DNA from: Candidatus Dormibacteria bacterium
Lineage (GTDB): Bacteria; Chloroflexota; Dormibacteria; Aeolococcales; Aeolococcaceae
Assembly: GCA_050012735.1 (NCBI GenBank)
Contig: JBEKGP010000005.1
Location: 1 to 54,907, forward strand
Length of the DNA: 54,907 nt
Direction of reading: 5' to 3'
The translations under genes and the position numbers were made by a program. This document shows positions 1 through 7,716 of the stretch, one piece after another; position 1 is the first letter of the stretch, and each line of letters begins with the position of its first letter. The notes beneath the pieces were generated by a model. That model ran no database searches and had not been told where the DNA came from. It saw nothing but the letters and a program-made list of their open reading frames with translations.

Positions 1-273
1 GCCGGCTGGGACCCGGCCAGCATCGACCACTACGTCCCCCACCAGGCCAATCAGCGCATCATCGAGGCCGCCGCAAAACGGATGGGCATTCCGATGGAGC
101 GAGTGGTGGTCAACATCACGGATACCGGCAACACCAGCTCCGCCTCGATCCCCCTCGCCCTGGCCGGCGCCGCTGCCCAGGGGCGCTTCAAGCGAGGCGA
201 CAGGGTGGTGGTGGCGGCCTTCGGCGCGGGCGCGACGTGGGGCGCCGTCGCCTGGGAGTGGAACGCGGACTGA
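1..273 (+). CDS. fabH: 3-oxoacyl-ACP synthase III, C-terminal part (5' end outside window)
   Basis: Frame open from base 1; motifs PHQANQRII, GNTSSASIP and AFGAGATWG; stop overlaps the next start (TGATG). Confidence 0.93.
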   Translation, partial: AGWDPASIDHYVPHQANQRIIEAAAKRMGIPMERVVVNITDTGNTSSASIPLALAGAAAQGRFKRGDRVVVAAFGAGATWGAVAWEWNAD

Positions 274-2156
274 TGCTGGGACGCTTCACCGCTGCGGGGA
301 CGCCCCGCGAGCGGCCACTTCAGGCACCCGGTCCCCGGCTCAAGCCGGTCGCCCGGTCGGGAAGCGTCGCCTGCAAGGGGTGCGGCCGCCGCTTTGTCCT
401 GGAGAGGTACGAGGGGGCACTCCGGGTCTGCCCGTGGTGCGGGCACCACGGCCAGATGCCCGCCGCCGCGCGGGCCGCCCAGCTGGCCGACCCGGGGAGC
501 GTCCAACCGATCGAGATCCAGCTCGCCGACCGCGACCCGCTCGGTTTCGACGATGGGCGCCCATACCCGGCGCGCGTCGCCGAGGCCCGCCAGAAGACCG
601 GGTTGGACGAGGCCTTCCTGATCGCCCGGGCGAGCATCGGCGGCGTTCCGGCCATCCTCGCCTGCATGGACTTCGGTTTCCTGGGCGGTTCGCTGGGATC
701 CGCGGCGGGTGAGATGTTTGCCCAGGCTTGCGAGCTGGCGGTGGCCGAGCGCCGCGCGCTGGTGGCCGTCTCCAGCAGCGGCGGCGCCCGGATGCAGGAG
801 GGGATCGCCTCGCTGGCTCAGATGGCCCGCTGCACGGCCGGGGTCAGCACGGTCGCCGACGCGGGCCTCCCCTACATCTCCGTGCTCGCCGACCCCTGCT
901 TCGGGGGCGTCACCGCATCCTTCGCCGCCCAGGGCGACGTGATCCTGGCCGAGCCCGGCGCCCGGATCGGCTTCGCCGGGGGACGGGTCATCGAGCAGGC
1001 GGCCCACGAGGCCCTGCCCGAGGGTTTCCAGACCGCCGAGTTTCTGCTCAGCCACGGCATGGTGGACCAGGTCGTCGACCGGCGGGAGCTGCGGGAGCTG
1101 ATCGCCGGCCTCCTCCGGGCGCTCACGGCGGGGGGCGCCGACCGCGATCTCCGGAGCCTGGCGGCAGTCGCGGCGGAGGCGCCGGACGGCGATGTCGTGG
1201 CAGCGACGGCGGCGGGAACTCTCCGGGCGTCTTCCAGCGGCGACGCGCTGCACGCGCCAGAGGCGCCGGCCACCGGCGTCGGTGAACGCGTCCCCGCCGG
1301 ACCGGGGCCGTCGGTCGCCGACACCCTCTCCACCGCCGAGCGGGAGAGACAGGCCTTCACCGCGGTCGAACTGGCCCGCAACCCGGGACGCCCGCGCACG
1401 CTCCAGCTGCTGAGGACCCTCTTCCACGACTTCACCGAGCTGCGCGGAGACCGGCTCTTCGGCGACGACCGGGCCGTGATCGGCGGGACCGCGCAGCTGG
1501 GCGGGTCGGGGGCCACGCCCGCTGACGACGTCTGGGTGATGGTGATCGGCCAGGAGAAGGGCAACGACGCCACCTCCCGAGCCATCCACAACTTCGGGAT
1601 GCCCCACCCCGAGGGGTACCGCAAGGCCACCCGGTTGATGCGCCTCGCCGAGAAGTTCGGGCTCCCCGTCATCTGCCTGGTGGACACCCCGGCCGCCGCA
1701 CCGGGCGTGGGCGCGGAGGAGCGCGGGCAGGCATGGGCGATCGCCGATTCACTCTTGACACTGCTGCGGCTCCGCACCCCGGTCATCTCCTGCGTGCTCT
1801 CGGAGGGGGGGTCGGGAGGTGCCCTGGCCCTCGGTATCGCCGATTGCGTGCTGGCCCTGGAGAACGCCATCTACTGCGTGGCCCCTCCCGAGACGGTGGC
1901 CGCCATCCTCTACCGCGACGCCGCCCAGAAGGCGCGTGCCGCCGCCGCCCAGCGCCCGTGGGTTGGTACCGCCTACCACCTCGGGCTGGTGGACGAGCTG
2001 ATCCCCGAGCCCGCCCCCGGCGCCCATGCCCATCCGCAAGTGGTGGCGGGAGCTCTCCGGGGCGCCCTCCTCCGCCACCTCGCCGCCCTCCGCCCGCTCC
2101 CTCTCGACGTGCTGCTGCAACGCCGCGCCGAGCGCTACCGCCGGGTGGGGGACTGA
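273..2156 (+). CDS. accDA: Acetyl-CoA carboxylase carboxyltransferase, fused beta (AccD) + alpha (AccA) subunits
   Basis: N-half has CKGC...CPWC zinc finger, MDFGFLGGSLG, SSSGGARMQEG, IGFAGGRVIEQ, LPEGFQTAEFL. C-half has ELRGDRLFGDD, NFGMPHPEGYRKA, DTPAAAPG..AEERGQ, SEGGSGGA. ATG at 273 is coupled to the fabH stop. Confidence 0.93.
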   Translation: MLGRFTAAGTPRERPLQAPGPRLKPVARSGSVACKGCGRRFVLERYEGALRVCPWCGHHGQMPAAARAAQLADPGSVQPIEIQLADRDPLGFDDGRPYPARVAEARQKTGLDEAFLIARASIGGVPAILACMDFGFLGGSLGSAAGEMFAQACELAVAERRALVAVSSSGGARMQEGIASLAQMARCTAGVSTVADAGLPYISVLADPCFGGVTASFAAQGDVILAEPGARIGFAGGRVIEQAAHEALPEGFQTAEFLLSHGMVDQVVDRRELRELIAGLLRALTAGGADRDLRSLAAVAAEAPDGDVVAATAAGTLRASSSGDALHAPEAPATGVGERVPAGPGPSVADTLSTAERERQAFTAVELARNPGRPRTLQLLRTLFHDFTELRGDRLFGDDRAVIGGTAQLGGSGATPADDVWVMVIGQEKGNDATSRAIHNFGMPHPEGYRKATRLMRLAEKFGLPVICLVDTPAAAPGVGAEERGQAWAIADSLLTLLRLRTPVISCVLSEGGSGGALALGIADCVLALENAIYCVAPPETVAAILYRDAAQKARAAAAQRPWVGTAYHLGLVDELIPEPAPGAHAHPQVVAGALRGALLRHLAALRPLPLDVLLQRRAERYRRVGD

Positions 2157-2212
2157 CCGGGGAGCTACCCGTCGGGCCCGCGGGGGCGGCCCTCCACCGT
2201 AGGATCGCCGGC

Positions 2213-2947
2213 GTGAAGGCAGAGACCAGCGGTGCGACAGGAGCGCTGCCGGAGAGCACGAACCACGTCATCTGGGACTGGAACGGCACCCTGCTGGACG
2301 ACGTGGCAGCAGTCCTCGAGGCGACAACGGTCACCTTCCGGCAGGCCGGCATCCAGGTCGAGGTGACCGGGGAGACCTACCGGCGCACCTTCACCCGCCC
2401 GATCCGCGTCTTCTACGAACGGCTGCTGGGGCGGCCGATCGGTTACGACGAGTGGGTGCGGCTGGACCACGCCTTCCACCTCGAGTACGCGCGGCTGGAC
2501 GAGCGGTCCACGCTCGCCGCCGGAGCCCGGGAGGTCCTCGACGAGATCCGGGAGCTGGGCTGGAGCCAATCCGTCTGCTCGATGCTGCCCGAGGAGTACC
2601 TCCTCCCCGCGGTCGAGCGCCAGGGCATCGCCCACCATTTCGTGCGCATCGACGGGCTGCGCGGGGCGGAGCGGGGCGGGGTCAAGCTCAAGAACCTGAT
2701 CGCCCACCTGGAACATCTCGGCGTCGCAGCGTCGGGAACGGTGATGGTCGGTGACACCGTCGACGACGCAGCGGCCGCGCGCGGCGCCGGCATCGCCTGC
2801 ATCCTCCTCGACAGCGGAGCCGGCCTCCACGACTCGGCGAGCATCCGCGGTGCCGGCGTCCCCGTGGCCACCGGGGTCCCGGAGGCGCTGGCCCTGCTGC
2901 GCCCAGGGGCCACCGGCCCGCAACGGGGGCAGGCACGGGCGCGCTAG
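2213..2947 (+). CDS. HAD-superfamily hydrolase (phosphatase)
   Basis: Motif I WDWNGTLLDD and motif IV MVGDTVDD. GTG start chosen 7 nt after TAGGAT (2200-2205). Confidence 0.88.
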   Translation: MKAETSGATGALPESTNHVIWDWNGTLLDDVAAVLEATTVTFRQAGIQVEVTGETYRRTFTRPIRVFYERLLGRPIGYDEWVRLDHAFHLEYARLDERSTLAAGAREVLDEIRELGWSQSVCSMLPEEYLLPAVERQGIAHHFVRIDGLRGAERGGVKLKNLIAHLEHLGVAASGTVMVGDTVDDAAAARGAGIACILLDSGAGLHDSASIRGAGVPVATGVPEALALLRPGATGPQRGQARAR

Positions 2948-2957
2948 ATTGAGCCGC

Positions 2958-3407
2958 ATGGAAAAGGGTGATCTGGTCAACGACTTCGAACTGGAAGACG
3001 AGACCGGCACGCCCCGCCGTCTCTCCGAGTTCCTCGCCAAAGGTCCGGTGGTGCTCTTCTTCTACCCGGCGGCGATGAGCGCGGGCTGCACCCGGGAGAG
3101 CTGCCACTTCCGCGACCTGGGCGGCGAGTTCACTGCCGCCGGGGGTCAGCGGATCGGCATCAGCCACGACACCGTCGCCAAGCAGCGCGAATTCGCCGAG
3201 CGCCACTCACTCGGCTATCCCCTGCTCTCCGACCCCGACGGCACGGTCGCCCGGCAGTTCGGGGTCAACACCCGCTTCGGCATCATGCCGGTCAAGCGCT
3301 GGACCTTCGTCATCGGCAGCGATGGCCGCGTCCGCGAGGTGATCAAGAGCGGGGTCAACATGAGCGTCCACGCGGACCGCGCCCTGGAGGTGCTGAGGCA
3401 GTCATGA
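2958..3407 (+). CDS. bcp: Peroxiredoxin, Bcp/PrxQ family
   Basis: VVLFFYPAAMSAGCTRESCHFRD active-site region, LLSDPDG and KRWTFVI. ATG lies 7 nt after TAGATT. Confidence 0.9.
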   Translation: MEKGDLVNDFELEDETGTPRRLSEFLAKGPVVLFFYPAAMSAGCTRESCHFRDLGGEFTAAGGQRIGISHDTVAKQREFAERHSLGYPLLSDPDGTVARQFGVNTRFGIMPVKRWTFVIGSDGRVREVIKSGVNMSVHADRALEVLRQS

Positions 3408-4060
3408 GGATCGGGATCATCGGCGCCGGCAACATCGGGGGCAACCTCACCCGGAAGCTGACAGCTCTGGGCCATGAGGCCGTGGTCTCCAACTCGCGCG
3501 GCCCCCAGACGCTTGAGGATCTGGCGGAGGAGACCGGCGCCACCGTCGCGCTCGCGTCGGTCGCCGCCGAGGGCGCGGAGCTGGTGATCGTGACCATCCC
3601 GGAGCGGGCGATCCCCCTGCTACCCGCCGGCATCCTCGACGGCGCCGCACCGGGCGCCCCGATCATCGACACCGGCAACTACTACCCGCAGCGGGATGGG
3701 CGGATCGCCGAGATCGAGGACGGCATGACCGAGTGCCGCTGGGTGAGCAACCAGCTGGGGCGCCCGGTGGTCAAGGCGTTCAACGGCATCCAGGCCCAGC
3801 ACCTGCTGGAGCGGGGGCTGCCTCCGGGCACGCCGGGCAGGATCGCGCTGCCTGTGGCCGGCGACGAGCCAGAGGCCAAAGCGCTCGTCATGCGCCTGGT
3901 CGACCAGCTCGGATTCGACCCGGTGGACGCCGGGGGAATCGACGATTCCTGGCGGCAGCAGCCGGGCACCCCGGTCTACGGCGCCGACCTCGACGCGGCA
4001 GGGGTGAGGGAAGCGCTGCGCCAGGCCAGTCCGGAGCGGCCGCCCGGGTTCCGGGGCTGA
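3404..4060 (+). CDS. NAD(P)-binding oxidoreductase, F420-dependent NADP oxidoreductase family
   Basis: GAGNIG Rossmann motif, NSRGP, IIDTGNYYPQRDG, VVKAFN, SWRQQPGTPVY. Confidence 0.87.
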   Translation: MRIGIIGAGNIGGNLTRKLTALGHEAVVSNSRGPQTLEDLAEETGATVALASVAAEGAELVIVTIPERAIPLLPAGILDGAAPGAPIIDTGNYYPQRDGRIAEIEDGMTECRWVSNQLGRPVVKAFNGIQAQHLLERGLPPGTPGRIALPVAGDEPEAKALVMRLVDQLGFDPVDAGGIDDSWRQQPGTPVYGADLDAAGVREALRQASPERPPGFRG

Positions 4061-4075
4061 GAGCGCGCCTCCGGC

Positions 4076-6403
4076 TTACCCTCCGCCCTGAGTGCCGACG
4101 GCGATCCCGTTGCCAAGGGTGGTGACGTACACCGTGCCGTCGCCTCCGACCGCCAGCGCTGTGGCGTTGCCGGCGACGGTCGCGTAGTACGGATCGTCCA
4201 CCTGGGTGACCGCGGGACAAGCACCGGCGCAACCGGTGACCTGCACCTGCCAGAAGGACGGCTGGGTGCCGCCCCCGGCCATGTCGATGCCGTCTTCGCC
4301 GGTGCCGGCGAACGCCGCCAGCGGGCCTCCGACACCGCTCGTGCCGCCGCTCGCGATCACCCAGGCCGGCGCGCAGTCACTCGCGCAGGCACTGGTGTCG
4401 ATCGCCCCCAGCCCATTCGAATCCGCAACCCACACCTGTGCCGGCGTGGTGGGGTCACCGGCCACCCAACCCCGCCCGGCGCCGAGGCTGGTGTTGGCGT
4501 ACAGCTCCACCCAGGGGGAGAAGACACCCCCCGTGACACTCGACATCCAGACCGCGTGCGTGCCCTCGTCGTACATGTACATGGCGCTGCCGTCCTCCGC
4601 CCAGGACAGGCTCACACCGTGGATGTCGCCGGGCGACACCGTCGGTCCGCCGAGGGCAGGGGACGGGATCAGCGTCCAGGCGCCGCCCGTGCCGGAGCCG
4701 GTGTACACAAAGACGCTGGCGTCCTGGAAGGCCGCCACCAGCATGTAGGTCCCCGGTCCGGTCGCCTCCGCGTCGAGCGCGATCGGCCGGGCGGTCACCC
4801 CCGCAGGCAGGGGGAGAGAGGTCCAGCCGCCACCGCTCGCCCACGCGGCCGAGTACCAGATCGAGCCGAGGGAGTCGGTGTTCCGAGCGCCTCCGGAAAC
4901 GATGAGCGCCGATGGAGAGACGCTCGCGTCCCACGCGATGCCGAGGCTCGTGGCGCTGACCGAGGCGAGCAGAGGTGGGCTCACCAGGTCGTCGACGCTC
5001 GCGAAGTCGTCGGTCGAGGTGAGCACGCCCCAGTCGGCGTCCGCGACCGCGACATTCGAGCTGTCGGCGGGGTCGACCGCGACGGCCGGATCGAACGTCG
5101 AGGCGAGCCCCCGGACCGCGGGGCTCCACTCCGGAGAGGTCAGTGGATCGTAGTCCCACACCCCGGAGCGACCGGCGACGAGCAGGGGGTCGAGCCCGCC
5201 GCTCTCACTGAGCATGACGATGCTGGAGCCGGCGAAGACGTCGGCGGTGCTCCCGTCACAGGCCGCGAGCGTCGACGACGGACAGCCCCCGACCATCGCG
5301 GACGGCCCGAGATTGGAGCCGGCCGACCCGGCGGCGGTCGCCTCCCACCAGCCGGTCGAGGTGCCGTCGATGGTGCTGGCGACGCTCCCCTGGGGAACCA
5401 GCGGCGTGATGGCGGTCGCAGTGCCGGTCACCACCAGCCGCTCGACGTCCGATGCGCCATGGCCGGCGTAGGTCGCCGCGTAGAGGACATCCACCGGGAC
5501 CGGCCCGGCTGCGGTCTCGTAGCCCGTCAGCGTGTACCAGTTCGCGGACGCGTCCAGGGTCGACCACGACCCGCCACTCCAGTAGCCGATGCCGTGAGCG
5601 CCGGCGGCGTAGACGCGGGTTCCCAGATGGAGGAGCTCCTGCACGCCGGTCGAGATCCCCTTCTTGGCACTGAGCGACTTCGCCTTGGCGCCTGGCCCGA
5701 GGCCGGTGACCTCGTACACGCCCTTGCTCGCGCCGATCCTGCTGATCACGGAGACGAAGGCGTCGCCCCTGCCGTCGAGGACCATCGAATCGAGGTACGA
5801 GGTGCACAGGGCCACGCACTGCCACCCCGCAGCCGGGCTGCGCGAGTCGAGTGGCCAGCGCTCCAGGCCGCGGCCGAAGGAGGCCGCGTAGAGGTAGGTG
5901 CCGTCGCTCGCCAAAAGGTCGCCGGTGGCGCGCGGCTGCCCTTGCTGAGTGGGGAGGTTGGCGCCGTCGAACGATGGCGGGGTCCCGGTCCCGGCGTGAC
6001 CGGAGTACGACCAGGTGAGACCGTCGTCGGCGGAGGTGGCGATGCCGCCGTTCGAGCCCTCGCCCACCGCCGCGTACCAGGTGCTCCCCTGGTCGAGAAG
6101 GGCGGCGACGTCGTAGGCGGGAGCAGGCAGGCCCTGGTTCTGCGCCGTCCAGGTCACCCCACCGTCGACGGAACGGAAGAATCCCTGGGTATCGCCACCT
6201 GCGATCAGGGTGCCATTGGGCGATTGCGCCAGGACGCTCACGAATCCGCCGCCGTCGACTGCTGAGTTGCCGAACGACAGCCCCGACGCCTGCGCCGTCG
6301 CGGCCGCAAGCGGCGCGACCGCGGGGCCCAGCACGGCGCCCGTCAGCGGGATGGCGAGCAGGCAGATCAGCCAGGAAGGTCCAGGTCGCGGCCCCGTCAC
6401 CAT
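4076..6403 (-). CDS. Secreted Asp-box/BNR beta-propeller protein (GH74/sialidase-like)
   Basis: 775 aa; N-terminal hydrophobic signal ending AQA; Asp-boxes SVDGGVTW and SADDGLTW; GGGFVS blade start; GGAGGGGAG SD upstream. Confidence 0.7.
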   Translation of the reverse strand: MVTGPRPGPSWLICLLAIPLTGAVLGPAVAPLAAATAQASGLSFGNSAVDGGGFVSVLAQSPNGTLIAGGDTQGFFRSVDGGVTWTAQNQGLPAPAYDVAALLDQGSTWYAAVGEGSNGGIATSADDGLTWSYSGHAGTGTPPSFDGANLPTQQGQPRATGDLLASDGTYLYAASFGRGLERWPLDSRSPAAGWQCVALCTSYLDSMVLDGRGDAFVSVISRIGASKGVYEVTGLGPGAKAKSLSAKKGISTGVQELLHLGTRVYAAGAHGIGYWSGGSWSTLDASANWYTLTGYETAAGPVPVDVLYAATYAGHGASDVERLVVTGTATAITPLVPQGSVASTIDGTSTGWWEATAAGSAGSNLGPSAMVGGCPSSTLAACDGSTADVFAGSSIVMLSESGGLDPLLVAGRSGVWDYDPLTSPEWSPAVRGLASTFDPAVAVDPADSSNVAVADADWGVLTSTDDFASVDDLVSPPLLASVSATSLGIAWDASVSPSALIVSGGARNTDSLGSIWYSAAWASGGGWTSLPLPAGVTARPIALDAEATGPGTYMLVAAFQDASVFVYTGSGTGGAWTLIPSPALGGPTVSPGDIHGVSLSWAEDGSAMYMYDEGTHAVWMSSVTGGVFSPWVELYANTSLGAGRGWVAGDPTTPAQVWVADSNGLGAIDTSACASDCAPAWVIASGGTSGVGGPLAAFAGTGEDGIDMAGGGTQPSFWQVQVTGCAGACPAVTQVDDPYYATVAGNATALAVGGDGTVYVTTLGNGIAVGTQGGG

Positions 6404-6540
6404 CTCCCCTCCCGACTCACGCTGCCCATGAGCAATGTAACCACGCGGGTGGCCGTTGGCTCAAGGTGGCACGGGGAGGAGCGGTTGACCTGGGCCGACG
6501 CCCCTGGTAGGGTCAATCGCGAACTGACGTTCGACACCAG

Positions 6541-7716
6541 ATGACGTACCGACTCCTCCACCTGGCCGACCTGCACCTCGATCGCCCCTTTGCCCAGATG
6601 GGCTGCCACGGGGAGCTGGCACGGCGCCGCCGCCAGGGGCTGCGCGACGCCCTTCGCCGGGCCGGCGAGGCCGCCCAGGAGCACGACTGCGACGCGGTGA
6701 CCATCGCCGGCGACCTCTTCGAACACGAGCGGGCCGGCGCCGATACCGCCCAGTTTCTGGTCGAGACCTTCGCCGCCTGGCAGCCGATGCCGGTGCTGCT
6801 CGCCCCCGGAAACCACGACCCGCTGGTGCCGGGAAGCCTCTACCTGCGAGCCCGGTGGCCCGCCAACGTCCACCTCTTCGAGGGCACCCGCCTAGAGCCG
6901 TACGAGCTCGCCGATGGGCTGACCGTCTGGGGGCTGGGCCACCATGAGCCCGCCTGGACGGGCGACCCGCTGGAGGGCGTCCTGGGGGCCGACGGCGGCG
7001 GGCGCCGCGGCAGGAGCAGGGAGGGCATCCACCTCGCCCTCTTCCACGGGGCCGAGACCGGCAGCCGCCCGGCGGGCAAGGGGGTGCACGGCCCGTTCGC
7101 GGCCGCCGAGATCCGGGAGCGCGGGTACCACCTCGCCCTCTGCGGCCACTACCACGCCCGCCGGATCGACCTCGGCGCCCGGCTCATCTATCCGGGCAGC
7201 CCGGAGCCACTCGCCTTCGACGAGAGCGAGCCGCGGGGTCCGGTGGTCGTCGAGATCTCCGACCGCGGCGATGTCCGTTGCGCGGCCCTGGAAACCAACC
7301 GGTGGCACGCCCGCATCATCGAATGCCCCATGGATGGGGTCACCAGCCTCACCGCGACCGTCGACCGGGTGAGCGCCGAGGTGCTGGCCGCCACGGCAGG
7401 ATTGCCCCTGGAACGGACGACGCTGCGCGTGGACCTGGTCGGGACCGTGCCCCCCAGCCTCGGGATCGACATCTTCGACTGCGAGAGCGCGGTGCGGGAC
7501 GCGACCGGCGGCGGTGCCGTGCGGATCCGCGACCTCACCACTCACGAGACCGATCTCGAGACGCTGGCCCAGGAGGGGACCACCCGGGGCGCCTTTGTGC
7601 GGGTGGCCCTGGCGGAGCTGACCGCGGCCGACAGCCCCGCGGCCAAGTCGGTGCTGAGCGATGCCCTCCGCTACGGGTTGGAGGCCTTCGCGGGTGGCGA
7701 GGTGGGTCTCCGATGA
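6541..7716 (+). CDS. Metallophosphoesterase, SbcD/Mre11/YhaO family DNA repair nuclease
   Basis: HLADLHLD, IAGDLFE, PGNHD, LFHG, LCGHYH and YPGSPE motifs. Confidence 0.9.
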   Translation: MTYRLLHLADLHLDRPFAQMGCHGELARRRRQGLRDALRRAGEAAQEHDCDAVTIAGDLFEHERAGADTAQFLVETFAAWQPMPVLLAPGNHDPLVPGSLYLRARWPANVHLFEGTRLEPYELADGLTVWGLGHHEPAWTGDPLEGVLGADGGGRRGRSREGIHLALFHGAETGSRPAGKGVHGPFAAAEIRERGYHLALCGHYHARRIDLGARLIYPGSPEPLAFDESEPRGPVVVEISDRGDVRCAALETNRWHARIIECPMDGVTSLTATVDRVSAEVLAATAGLPLERTTLRVDLVGTVPPSLGIDIFDCESAVRDATGGGAVRIRDLTTHETDLETLAQEGTTRGAFVRVALAELTAADSPAAKSVLSDALRYGLEAFAGGEVGLR

